DNA from: Fibrobacteria bacterium
Lineage (GTDB): Bacteria > Fibrobacterota > Fibrobacteria > UBA11236
Direction: 5' to 3'
Length of the DNA stretch: 64,000 nucleotides
NCBI GenBank assembly: GCA_043766615.1
Contig: JAYUHW010000039.1
Span: forward strand, 12,449 to 76,448
Below are positions 1-9,637 of the stretch, one piece after another. Position numbers and translations under genes: made by a program. The notes beneath the pieces are model-generated. The model was not told the DNA's origin. It made no database searches and saw nothing but the letters and a program-made list of their open reading frames with translations. Every line of letters starts with the position of its first letter. Position 1 is the first letter of the stretch.

Positions 1-647
1 AGCTCAAAGGATTTAATGCGTTTTCCCGTGGCCAAATCAACTTGATAAACATAAGGACCATACTCATCGGCAATAAAGGCGGACTTGCCGTCATTGGACA
101 TGCGGATGGCTTCCGGATCAAGCCTGGCATTGCTTGGATTTCCGGAAGAACCCGGCACAAATCCATCTGATCGACCCGTGAAATATTGGCGATCGGCGGT
201 ATTAATGGAGGGTATGCCGGAGGCCAGTCCAGCGCTTGAACCATAATTTAATGGGGTATCGCTATACAACAAGGTTGTGCCGGTTAGTGAAGTCGTCAGG
301 GTATAGGGCAAGCCTCCTGAGGGTCCAGCCACCAAATCCAGGCTTAGGGTTTGAATTCGGGCAATATAACTTTGGGTATTATCCACGATTGAGCCACCGC
401 TATAGGGCGTGGCATTTGGGCCCCGATCTGGCGTGGCGAGAAAGGTCGTGCCTCCGGCATAGGTCAAGCCGGATCCGATTCCGCCCAATTGGTTCGCGCC
501 TGATCCGCCTTCCAAGGTCCCGGACAATCCGGATAAATCAGCGGCTTGATCGAGGGTGCCGATAGCCATGAGGATGGGTGCTGCGAAACTGGTGGTCGCA
601 AGATGGGCCGTGGTTATTAGTCCCAGCAGTTTTATTGATTTGATCAT
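1..647 (-). CDS. partial CDS (N-terminal part, gene continues past window start): secreted Gly/Ser/Thr-rich protein, possibly phytase-like esterase family
   Basis: Manual minus-strand translation from ATG at 647..645: MIKSIKLLGLITTAHLATTSFAAP (signal-peptide-like) ...PDRGPNATPYSGG...FIADEYGPYVYQVDLATGKRIKSFEL, open to position 1. Absent from ORF track because there is no stop inside the window. Listed + ORF 236..565 is antisense to it. Confidence 0.5.
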   Translation of the reverse strand, partial: MIKSIKLLGLITTAHLATTSFAAPILMAIGTLDQAADLSGLSGTLEGGSGANQLGGIGSGLTYAGGTTFLATPDRGPNATPYSGGSIVDNTQSYIARIQTLSLDLVAGPSGGLPYTLTTSLTGTTLLYSDTPLNYGSSAGLASGIPSINTADRQYFTGRSDGFVPGSSGNPSNARLDPEAIRMSNDGKSAFIADEYGPYVYQVDLATGKRIKSFE

Positions 648-753
648 GAGGGTTTTTTCCTGATTTATTTTACAGTGATAGTCCAAACACGAGGAGGAAA
701 GTTTTGAGATAGGAAAATTAACGTTCCTTTATTTCAAATGGGTTTCATATCGA

Positions 754-2247
754 TTACCAGGATTTAAGCGCCCTTAAGCGCTGAATCTTTTTATGCTGGT
801 TCATTTCATGGTTTTCGAGAATTCTGGACAAGGTTGCGACCGCTGTTGAGAGATGGGCGCCTTTATTCAACATCACGCATTCGGCTCGCTCACCCATCAC
901 GGCATCGGTGGTTTCCGCTCTGGAATGGATGCCTTCTTTTGTCATTTTTTCAAGAACTTGAGTGGCCCAGATCACGGGTACATCCGCCGCTTCCGCCAAC
1001 CATAAAATTTCCTCTTGCATTTCCGCCAGCCTCAGATACCCTATTTCAACAGCCAAATCGCCGCGGGCAATCATCACCCCGAAGGATCCCCGTCCCGCTC
1101 CTTGGATCATGATTTCAGGAAGTTTTAGAATGGCCTGACGCGTCTCAATTTTGGCTACGATGGGTGGCGCTGATTGATTCGGTTTCAACCGGAGAGTAAT
1201 TTCTTCCTGTAAATCCGCGACATCATCAGGGGATTGGACGAAGGAGAAACCGATCACATCGGCATTCTTGGTCAAAAAGTCCAGGTCCTTGCGATCCTTG
1301 TCGGTCAAAGACCGGATGGGCAAATCCAAACCCGGAAAATTCAGACCTTTATCGGCCTTGATTCGCTTGCCTTCCGGGGGTGCATGAAAAACTCTGAGCA
1401 AGGCGCCCACGGGTTGAATTCGTTCGACTTTGCATCCTAGGGCGCCATCATCGATCCAGACTTCGGTTCCGATTTTTAAGGGAGCGAAGATTTCCTTAAC
1501 CGTGCAGGTAAAGCTCACCCCCGCGAAAGGGCTGGTATCGGTCTCACGCCTGGTCATCAATATATGGTCACCGATCGTGACGCGATCCTCAGCCTTGGTC
1601 AGAATTTTATCTGTCCTAAGTTTCGGGCCAGCCAGATCCATGAAAATTTTACAAGACCGTCCCACTTTCTTTTCAGCCTTGCGGATATTTTTGATCATGG
1701 ACGACCATTCTGCCTCATCGCCATGGGCGCAATTGATGCGCGCGAGATCCATGCCCTCTTCCAAAAGGTTAAGAACAAGATTGGAATCCTGAGCGACCTC
1801 GACAGGCAAGGTGGCCATGATCCGAACGCGCCGGTTTTTTCTTGGTGGCCCGAGAACGATTCCGGTTTCACGGCCCAGGCGATTCCAGCCTCGCAAGAAT
1901 TCTTCCACCGTCGGCCGTTCCGGGGGACGCGCACTCTTCACCAAACCTGAAAGCGTAGCCATAATCGCATCTAGATTGGAGAGGACATGGGATTCGCAAT
2001 GGCCCAGCGAGGATAAACCCATCAACATGAGGGTTGCTTGGATCTCCCTTAAATCCATCCGCCTCAGAGCGATAAAATGACCTAGGTTCATGGCGCTGGG
2101 TAAGAAGGTCGCGCGCTTGATTAAAGGCTTCCATATTTTGAACATGGCTTCGCCTTCCCTTATCACTTCCTGGCGAATATGCTCCAGTTCGGAATAGAGA
2201 GATTTATGGGCTTTTTTTCCAGCAGGTTGCGTAGCATATTTAATCAT
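754..2247 (-). CDS. pyk: pyruvate kinase (A+B domains; apparently lacks C-terminal allosteric domain; ~135 aa non-canonical N-terminal extension if the first ATG is used)
   Basis: PK signatures in translation: RIMATLPVE (N-terminal K/Mg site region), VMIARGDLAVEIG (catalytic signature), ATQVLEKMT. Protein ends about 60 aa after this, where canonical PKs carry a further ~110 aa C domain. Confidence 0.85.
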   Translation of the reverse strand: MIKYATQPAGKKAHKSLYSELEHIRQEVIREGEAMFKIWKPLIKRATFLPSAMNLGHFIALRRMDLREIQATLMLMGLSSLGHCESHVLSNLDAIMATLSGLVKSARPPERPTVEEFLRGWNRLGRETGIVLGPPRKNRRVRIMATLPVEVAQDSNLVLNLLEEGMDLARINCAHGDEAEWSSMIKNIRKAEKKVGRSCKIFMDLAGPKLRTDKILTKAEDRVTIGDHILMTRRETDTSPFAGVSFTCTVKEIFAPLKIGTEVWIDDGALGCKVERIQPVGALLRVFHAPPEGKRIKADKGLNFPGLDLPIRSLTDKDRKDLDFLTKNADVIGFSFVQSPDDVADLQEEITLRLKPNQSAPPIVAKIETRQAILKLPEIMIQGAGRGSFGVMIARGDLAVEIGYLRLAEMQEEILWLAEAADVPVIWATQVLEKMTKEGIHSRAETTDAVMGERAECVMLNKGAHLSTAVATLSRILENHEMNQHKKIQRLRALKSW

Positions 2248-2377
2248 GTGCTAAAATTTAAACCTTGGCTAAGTGGATTCAATAGTGGAACCCGGACTGG
2301 AATCCTGCATTGGCCAGGATTTAATTAAAAGAGCAAGTTAGCGTCGGCCTGAAATAAAAACGAAATAAAAATGAAAT

Positions 2378-3427
2378 TCAATCGGGCCGGTGTCTAAACA
2401 CGAGAGCGGCAACCAGGGCCGTGAAGGCCAATAACCCCAAGGCCACCACCGTGAAGCCATATTGGTGCTGGCCCATGGGGATGCCACCCACATTCATTCC
2501 AAAAAGGCCAGCGACCATATTTATTGGTAGGGCAAGAACCGTAACCATGGTTAAAGTGAACAAAGTTCGATTAGTGGCTTCATTGACTCGCGCCGAAAGT
2601 TCTTCTTGTAAAAGTTTCACCCGCTCAACCAATGAAGTCGAATCAACTACGGCTCCGGAAAATTCTTCGGCAGCTTCGCGCAGTCCTTGTAGATCTTCGC
2701 CCTTGATCCATTCCGGGGGGCGATTGAGAAGACGAAACAGGGCAGCGGGTTCCGGCGCCAGCAACCTTTGTAAACGGACCAAAACCCGGCGCAAGACCCC
2801 AAGTTCCCGTCGTTTCCCCAGTCCCCGTTCGGCCAGCAGATTATCCTCAATCGTATCGACTTTGGCCGAGGATTGGCGGACGATATCGACTAAAGCACCT
2901 GCCTGATTACGAAGTAGCTGACATAATAGATCGACCGGTGATTGGAAAAGCACTCCGGCCTTGACCATAGCGCGCAATTTATCCATCGAACGCAGGGGCT
3001 TCAACCTAGCGCTGACCAGAAGGTGCGGACCAATAAAAAGGGTGACGGTGGAAACGTCTTCGGGATCGAAGGTAAAGTCGAAAAGAATATCGTGGATCAC
3101 GGCCACCAAGGCATTGCCGTCTTGCTCCAGCCGCGTTGAGCCAGTATTATCATGTAAAATGGAATAGAACGTATCCGGTAGATCGAGGCTTGAGCGCATC
3201 CAGCGTTCGGTTCCGGCATTGGCTAACGAGAAGTGGAGCCAGGCAAAACTTTGCGAGGGAAAACCTTCGGAACGGTTCAGCCAGCCGGTAATGGATGCGA
3301 AGTCAGCCGATTCGGCGACATTGCCGGATTCAAACAGAAAGGCATGAACCAGCCCGGACCGGTCCGAACCGTATTGCGGCCCCGAGGTTTCTTTTTGGGA
3401 TGGATATTGGCTTTCATCTGGAGGCAT
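2378..3427 (-). CDS. corA: CorA/ZntB-family divalent cation transporter
   Basis: 349 aa, C-terminal two TM helices with GMN signature (LFGMNVGGIP), soluble N-terminal domain. Confidence 0.8.
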   Translation of the reverse strand: MPPDESQYPSQKETSGPQYGSDRSGLVHAFLFESGNVAESADFASITGWLNRSEGFPSQSFAWLHFSLANAGTERWMRSSLDLPDTFYSILHDNTGSTRLEQDGNALVAVIHDILFDFTFDPEDVSTVTLFIGPHLLVSARLKPLRSMDKLRAMVKAGVLFQSPVDLLCQLLRNQAGALVDIVRQSSAKVDTIEDNLLAERGLGKRRELGVLRRVLVRLQRLLAPEPAALFRLLNRPPEWIKGEDLQGLREAAEEFSGAVVDSTSLVERVKLLQEELSARVNEATNRTLFTLTMVTVLALPINMVAGLFGMNVGGIPMGQHQYGFTVVALGLLAFTALVAALVFRHRPD

Positions 3428-3496
3428 GGTTTAGAAGAATAGCAATCGAGAAGGAATGCTTTTCCAGTAAATTTCCGCAAGGCTTGAAAAATTGTT

Positions 3497-3640
3497 TCAG
3501 TTGGATTTCAGAGAAGCCAACGGAGACTGGGGCGTGTCGATGATTTCACCATTGGGCTTCCAGAATTTCGCCTGATCATCGCGATACCCATCAGTGAAAT
3601 GAATCACCGATTTAAGCTTTCCATTTGGAAACCAATCCAT
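3497..3640 (-). CDS. 47-aa orphan ORF with MORN/YwqK-like repeat sequence (likely gene remnant)
   Basis: Manual translation MDWFPNGKLKSVIHFTDGYRDDQAKFWKPNGEIIDTPQSPLASLKSN. Repeat-like YxNGK..xxxxxYxxG pattern. Below ORF-track size cut-off. Confidence 0.25.
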   Translation of the reverse strand: MDWFPNGKLKSVIHFTDGYRDDQAKFWKPNGEIIDTPQSPLASLKSN

Positions 3641-3860
3641 TTGGGCACCGAGTCTCTTTAACTTGGATTTGTTGACAGGCTATGAGGAGCAGGAAGGAGT
3701 AGAATAATATCCCCTTCGCAATAATTCTCTTTCCGGGAGTTCCAGCGAGACTCAAAGCGCAAATCATGAAACCTCCAACTTGAATCACATTTTATGCTCA
3801 ATGGGTAGGAGCCCATGCTTATCCTTGAGAATTATACCCATGGCATATTACGGTTTTTTT

Positions 3861-6095
3861 TCAATTGGGTTTCAAATGCTTTTGCTTTTCTACTATCGGG
3901 GCTGGGGTTTTCATTTCCACACTTTGATTAGTCATGCCGGGTTTTGAGGTCTTTATGAAGTCGGAGTTTTGCAGGAATCCGGATCGATGGTCCAAGGATA
4001 TAAATTCATCCTCCAGATTCACGTTCTGGGCGTTTGGATCAAGAATATGTGGGGTAACATAGATAACCAATTCTTGAGTGGAAGTATTGGCGCTTCGCCA
4101 TGAAAACAAATATCCAAGCAAAGGAATGCTGCCCAAAATTGGAACAAAGGAACGGACATTGTCTTGAGTCGAATTGAGTAAGCCCCCTAAAGCTATGGTC
4201 TCTCCATCCATGAGGCTGACATTTGTATTGATGGAGCGATTGGTTACGCGTGGTGGGGTTTCACCATCACCAACTTCCGAGGTCTTGATGGAGGGAGAAA
4301 TGGTAACATTCACCTCTCCATGCTTGGTAATCCAAGGAGTAATTTCAATGCTGATGCCATCGTCAATGGTCCGAAAGTCGTTGTTCTGAAAACCATCCTT
4401 GGTGACTGAACTGACCTTGTAGTAGGAGGTGCGACTGACCTTAAGATCCGCCTTATTCCCATTCAGGGTGGTGATCTTGGGCATGGACAATATTTTGGCT
4501 TTGCTCTTTGATTCCAAGGCCCGCAAATTCATATCGAAATTCGGGGGCTTTATTCCGATTGACGCCTGGAATCCATCCTTAGTCCATTGCCTAGTTATGC
4601 CGCTCATCGAACCGGTTATGTCGATGGATGGTTTCTGCTTGGACAAGCCATTTTCAATTCCGAATTCAGATCCTTGATTGCGATTATACTCTACGACGAT
4701 GACTTCCATCAGGACTTGCGGGGTGCTGATATCCACCTTTGCCAAAAAGGATTTTACTTGGGCGATGTCATCGGCCATGCCTGAAATGAGCACCGCATTT
4801 TGTTCCTTTATGACCTTGATATTTTCGGGTGAAATGGATTTGGGTAGAATTTTCTCGATATTTTCCGCACGAATATGTTTGAGGTATACCAGATCCGCTT
4901 CGGAAAGTGCTTGGCCAGATGGGGTATTGGGATTGCGGTCTCCAATCAGGAGTGTGCCGTTTCTTCTTAGGAAAGCGTAGCGGGTTCCCAGCAGTAAAGC
5001 GGATAAGGCATCGTCCAGTCCGACCCCTTTGAATTGTGCCGTAACATTGCCACTGATATCCCCGATCAAGGTAAAATTCATGGCGGCTTGTTCAGCGATT
5101 TGGCTGATGGCATCGGTCAGAGAGGCATTGTTTAAATTGAGTGTTACCTTGCCATCATGGACATCGATATCGGCGCGGCCCGATCCTTGTCTAGTGAACC
5201 CTTGGTTTGACCGGGGATGGCGTACGGCTCCGTTTTGATCCGTCGGATCCCCGTTCTCAACGAGGTAAACCCCGTTTTTCAACCTAACGACAAAATTATT
5301 CGCTTCCATCAAGGCCTTGAAGCCGTCAAGCGGTTCCACATCCTTTAAGTGTCCGGTCACGTGTCCCACCAAATCTTGACCAGGTACGATATTGATGCGG
5401 GTCTTTTCTACAAACTCGCGAAGAAAATCTTTTGCCGGTCGATTTTGGACATCTAGGTTCATTAATTTCTCGTGGATTTCGAGCATGCTGAACGACGTTT
5501 CCCTCGTCTTGCGGATGCGATAGACATTCCCATCCACCAGCATTTCCAAACCATGGGATCGGCAAAGTTTTTCCACCCCTTCAATAACAGGGAGATTCTC
5601 CAAGTGAATAGTCACTTTAACGTCTCCGATATCTTTATCCGGAATTAAGCTGAGCTTAAAGGCCGTAGCAATCGCTCGTAGCACATCCAAGACAGGCTCA
5701 TCAACATAATCGACATTAAGCATGGTCTCCGAGTTTTTGGCAGAGTTTTTAGTACGGTTTGCAGGGACTCGCAAACCATTTCCTGCTTTTTTTCCTTTGG
5801 CTGCATTGGCCTGATGGTTTTCTAATACTTCCTTTTCCGGTCCAGCGAGGCTGACATTACCGGTTGTTTCATCTGGACGAGGATGAGGCTGGAAGGGACG
5901 GAACCCATCGGCTCCCATTCCCGCTGCTGGCGGGGACGGATTATTCTCGGAGCTTGTAGGAGAAACAGACGTTTGGTCTTGGGGTTGAAATGCATTTGTT
6001 GGAAACGAAGCAACCGGTGCTTCATCCGCAAACAAAGGCAAGCAATAGAAGAACAAGGCAAGAAGCATCAAGGTCTTTTTCATATTGGGAGCCAA
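3861..6095 (-). CDS. secretin (GspD/PilQ family outer-membrane channel) with Pro/Ser-rich N-terminal linker
   Basis: 744 aa. Signal peptide MKKTLMLLALFFYCLPLFA, low-complexity P/S-rich region, C-terminal secretin domain (…TNVSLMDGETIALGGLL…VPILGSIPLLGYLFS). Confidence 0.8.
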   Translation of the reverse strand: MAPNMKKTLMLLALFFYCLPLFADEAPVASFPTNAFQPQDQTSVSPTSSENNPSPPAAGMGADGFRPFQPHPRPDETTGNVSLAGPEKEVLENHQANAAKGKKAGNGLRVPANRTKNSAKNSETMLNVDYVDEPVLDVLRAIATAFKLSLIPDKDIGDVKVTIHLENLPVIEGVEKLCRSHGLEMLVDGNVYRIRKTRETSFSMLEIHEKLMNLDVQNRPAKDFLREFVEKTRINIVPGQDLVGHVTGHLKDVEPLDGFKALMEANNFVVRLKNGVYLVENGDPTDQNGAVRHPRSNQGFTRQGSGRADIDVHDGKVTLNLNNASLTDAISQIAEQAAMNFTLIGDISGNVTAQFKGVGLDDALSALLLGTRYAFLRRNGTLLIGDRNPNTPSGQALSEADLVYLKHIRAENIEKILPKSISPENIKVIKEQNAVLISGMADDIAQVKSFLAKVDISTPQVLMEVIVVEYNRNQGSEFGIENGLSKQKPSIDITGSMSGITRQWTKDGFQASIGIKPPNFDMNLRALESKSKAKILSMPKITTLNGNKADLKVSRTSYYKVSSVTKDGFQNNDFRTIDDGISIEITPWITKHGEVNVTISPSIKTSEVGDGETPPRVTNRSINTNVSLMDGETIALGGLLNSTQDNVRSFVPILGSIPLLGYLFSWRSANTSTQELVIYVTPHILDPNAQNVNLEDEFISLDHRSGFLQNSDFIKTSKPGMTNQSVEMKTPAPIVEKQKHLKPN

Positions 6096-6172
6096 TTTAT
6101 CCTTTTCAATCCAAATGAAAGTTCTTTAGTTGGATGAAATAGGAGATAACTCGTCACCCATGGGAATTCATA

Positions 6173-6394
6173 TTAAGGGACCAGAAGAGCTTCCATTTCC
6201 AGGCCTTCCTCGATCATTTCCTGTATTTCCGCCCTCGATGGGATTTCCGCTCCGGTATGCTTTTCATTGACATGGGCTTCAACGGCTTCTTGATTCAAAA
6301 TGGCTTTAAGCATTTCTACCGCCGCTTCCCGGCTTTCAGCTTCAACTGGCATGATATCGCCGCAGGAACAGGTCATGGCATATTTGATAATCAT
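6173..6394 (-). CDS. DUF1059-family small protein
   Basis: 73 aa, MIIKYAMTCSCGDIMPVEAESREAAVEMLKAIL…HVNEKH pattern typical of DUF1059. Confidence 0.55.
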   Translation of the reverse strand: MIIKYAMTCSCGDIMPVEAESREAAVEMLKAILNQEAVEAHVNEKHTGAEIPSRAEIQEMIEEGLEMEALLVP

Positions 6395-6468
6395 GGTTTG
6401 CCTCCTTTAAATGCAATCCAAAATAAAACGGAATGGGGTTAGTCCCCCATTCCGAGCGTGTAAAAGGC

Positions 6469-7929
6469 CTATTTGGCCACCCGCATCATAAGTAATTGGC
6501 CGCGTTCGACCAACTCCGGATCCGGATTCACGCTATGCCCCTGCGCAACGATTAGGAAGTAATTGTAAGTGGCCGTATCGTATCCGGGCACACCTACAAA
6601 TTGATCCGTTACTTCAATCACACCAGAGGACTCCTCATCGAGATTGTGGGGAGCTGTTGCTGGAATCCCATTGTCACCGAAGCGGGCAACATCGTGGCTG
6701 GCCAAAATGGTTAGTGCATCGGTATTGGGGTTGTACTTCCATACTTTACCATTATGAGCGTTGTTGCCTGGATCCTCACAGATAATGACATTGCCCTGAG
6801 CATCAACGGTGATATTGTCCATCATCTGCATGGCTTCGGTGCCGTCCAACATGGCCTCAATGGATCCACCGGTCAAGGGGTTGGTCACATTGTCAAAGGT
6901 AAGGCGCCAGAGGCGGCTGCGAGCGATGGTTGGGCCCTGTCCGTCCTTGACTTGGTCGAACCGGTCGGTGGTGACGAAGTAGAAGCGATTGGGGTTCACG
7001 GTATCCCAGGATCCATCTTCCGGACGCATAAAATTCGTGCCTGTGGGATCGGTGGTCGGAACCAAGTTGAAGCGGGTTCCTGCCGTTGGGACAGAGTCGC
7101 GCACATCCGTGGTATATCCGGCAACTGCGATCGCCATGTTCAGGCCGCCATGCAGGCCTGCGGCTACGGGACCGGCATCCTTGGTTTTTTCAGCACCATG
7201 CACATAGAGTTTGCCTGGAGTGGTATCGTCCATGGAGATCACGATGGTGCGATCTTGAGAGACGGGGCTGGCGACGCTGTTCTCGAAAGCGATTCTTCCC
7301 AAAGCGGGCAATTCGAAGGAGGATCCGGACAATGGGCCAGAGACGATATGCCCAATGGCACGGCCGCCGGCGGTTTCCTCACCGTTCATGAAAATACGCC
7401 CATCTGAATAGCCCTTATCCGTTGCGACATTATAGAATGCGGAGGGTTTGGCCAGATCGGCTGCGCAAAAGCGATTGAATGCCGTGGTTCCCGGTGACCA
7501 AGTATCGGTGGCAGGGTTGTATAGGTAAACGGTCTTCATTTGATCCTCACCACGCAGAACTTTTAGATCGCTCTTACGTACGCGCCACCGGGAGACAAAA
7601 GCGCCGATGCTGCCATGGGCGCGGACGGTTCCCTTGGTATTGCCCAGTTCATGGTTCATCAATACGGTGATGGTGCCATCGCCATTGTCGAAGGCGCCTA
7701 GGCCATCGGGAAGACCGACCATGCGGTAATTGGTATCCGCCGCAGTGGCAGGATTGTTCTTTCGGACCACATCGCCGACGGTTAACAAGGAAGTGAATTC
7801 GACGGTTCCATTCGCTGGGGTAAGATAAGGTGTTTCGGTGCTGCTGGGACCGGTGGAGGCATGCGCACAGACTGCAAGCATCAGTCCCATAGGTAAGCCA
7901 AAGAAATACGATTTAAGGGTTTTATTCAT
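6469..7929 (-). CDS. secreted PhoX/DUF839-like beta-propeller protein (putative phosphatase family)
   Basis: 486 aa with signal peptide. Motifs FMRPEDGSWD, RLWRLTF, ICEDPGNNAH resemble PhoX-family alkaline phosphatase/DUF839. Confidence 0.55.
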   Translation of the reverse strand: MNKTLKSYFFGLPMGLMLAVCAHASTGPSSTETPYLTPANGTVEFTSLLTVGDVVRKNNPATAADTNYRMVGLPDGLGAFDNGDGTITVLMNHELGNTKGTVRAHGSIGAFVSRWRVRKSDLKVLRGEDQMKTVYLYNPATDTWSPGTTAFNRFCAADLAKPSAFYNVATDKGYSDGRIFMNGEETAGGRAIGHIVSGPLSGSSFELPALGRIAFENSVASPVSQDRTIVISMDDTTPGKLYVHGAEKTKDAGPVAAGLHGGLNMAIAVAGYTTDVRDSVPTAGTRFNLVPTTDPTGTNFMRPEDGSWDTVNPNRFYFVTTDRFDQVKDGQGPTIARSRLWRLTFDNVTNPLTGGSIEAMLDGTEAMQMMDNITVDAQGNVIICEDPGNNAHNGKVWKYNPNTDALTILASHDVARFGDNGIPATAPHNLDEESSGVIEVTDQFVGVPGYDTATYNYFLIVAQGHSVNPDPELVERGQLLMMRVAK

Positions 7930-8365
7930 GGTTTATATCCTTTTTTAGATTTTCCGAGGCAGCTTTTACTGCTGTGGATAAGAAGTTATACGAGCTTCAT
8001 TTCAATTGTATTATCGTGCTGTTTATTTTCAGGACACAGTTCGATTACAAATCTGAATAGACGCGTAGGAACATTTTTAACACTTAGTTACAGGATTTTA
8101 TTCATAATGTTTCCTCCGGAGTTTTGGACTTACTGAAAAGTGTATATCGTGATTAAAGCTGCATCCCACCCTAATTCAACATGCATTCATATTTCCGATT
8201 CGACTTTATGTCAGAGGGATAGAAAAAAAATATGAATCGAAACAAAAACGAAATATTTGGGTTGGAAATTTCATTTAATTGTAATCAAATAGAAATATAA
8301 TCTACGATTTTCTGAAACTACCGAAAGTTAAGGTTTAACAAAACCCAGCGCTGCAAGGAAAATAT

Positions 8366-9592
8366 ATGAAGTGGACACTACTGTTTTTGATCAGCTTGAA
8401 CATACCGATTTCTGAAATCCATGCCCAAGGAACATGGTATCTTCCCGGCCCCAATGGGAAGAGTATTATTCCTTATTCCGGATGTTTTATCGATGCTCAA
8501 ACGGGATTCGCAGTCAAGAATCCAAATCGACTCGATACTGCCGATGCGATCCAAAAAACTATTGATGGAGGAGCCACCTGGACATCCTTGTCCAGCGGTC
8601 CTGCTATTCCGCTACGGTCTATCCATTTTCCCCGTTATAATCTTGGATTCGTGATGGCGGCTAATGGAACAACCTTGCTCAAAACCAAAGACGGTGGAAT
8701 GCACTGGGATCGATGGGAGGCGGATCAACACTTGGATAATATCCGGTTCATGAGTGATAGCATTGGCTATGCCTTGCCCGATCGAGGTGGCTTCTTGAAG
8801 TCCGTTGACGGAGGGAAAACCTGGAAAACAATTTCCTTGGGAGGAGTGCAACCCGATTATTTTTATTTTGGCACGGAAAGAGACGGTTTTATTGTTCCCC
8901 GCAACACTAGGGTTTCTTCAGATAGCAGCCTTGCGAAAACAAAAGATGGGGGAGCGACTTGGACGTGGATCTCGGGAGTCCCAAAACTGGAAGAGATGGC
9001 CTTTCTGAATTCGGATAGTGGATTTGCCACTGGATCTCAAACCATGACCGCTAGCTCACAAAATGGCTTACCCCAAGTCATCAAGGGTGTTTACAAAACC
9101 ACGGATGGAGGCAAGACATGGAAGGTTGTACTGAGCAACCGGGTGGAAGAAACCGCCCCATTCTGGGAATACCAAAGGCCGGTCACACTCTCCTCAACTC
9201 TGGGTTATGTACTCGCCAACAAGGCAAGTAATTCCGGCCCTTCCCTAGGTTCCAGGATTATGAAAACCGAAAATGGGGGAATATCCTGGACCATCGACTA
9301 TGAAACATCGGATATGCACCTTTTCAGTCTTCAGTTTCCGGAAGTAGGAACTGGGTTTGCAAAGGGTTCTGTGGTGCTAGGAAATGCGGATTTAGATAGG
9401 GCGGTCCTGATTAGGTATAGAGTGAATCTAGTCACCTCGGTTATGCCTCAGAAACATTCATTGCCAATCTTGCGAATAGGAAAAGGAAGGTTCACCTATG
9501 GTGACCATACAGATTTTAACGCTGCGGGACGCTCCCTATCCTCGTCCACTTCATCACCCAAAGCTATACCCTTCACGGCAATAATCCCATGA
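8366..9592 (+). CDS. secreted BNR/Ycf48-like repeat protein
   Basis: 408 aa. Signal peptide, then repeated BNR-type motifs DGGATWT, DGGKTWK, DGGMHW. Confidence 0.7.
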   Translation: MKWTLLFLISLNIPISEIHAQGTWYLPGPNGKSIIPYSGCFIDAQTGFAVKNPNRLDTADAIQKTIDGGATWTSLSSGPAIPLRSIHFPRYNLGFVMAANGTTLLKTKDGGMHWDRWEADQHLDNIRFMSDSIGYALPDRGGFLKSVDGGKTWKTISLGGVQPDYFYFGTERDGFIVPRNTRVSSDSSLAKTKDGGATWTWISGVPKLEEMAFLNSDSGFATGSQTMTASSQNGLPQVIKGVYKTTDGGKTWKVVLSNRVEETAPFWEYQRPVTLSSTLGYVLANKASNSGPSLGSRIMKTENGGISWTIDYETSDMHLFSLQFPEVGTGFAKGSVVLGNADLDRAVLIRYRVNLVTSVMPQKHSLPILRIGKGRFTYGDHTDFNAAGRSLSSSTSSPKAIPFTAIIP

Positions 9593-9637
9593 CTATTGTG
9601 GCGGCCTAGGTTTGTGATTTCCAAGCTCCGAGCGGGT

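Noticed and set aside
236-565. 109-aa + strand ORF in ORF track
   Set aside because: Lies antisense to a much longer, signal-peptide-bearing minus-strand coding region (1..647). Arg-rich composition is typical of antisense-frame artefacts.
764-782. TTAAGCGC-CC-TTAAGCGC direct repeat near the 3' end of pyk
   Set aside because: Lies inside the coding sequence (encodes …LRALKSW) and is too short to be meaningful. Not a terminator hairpin.
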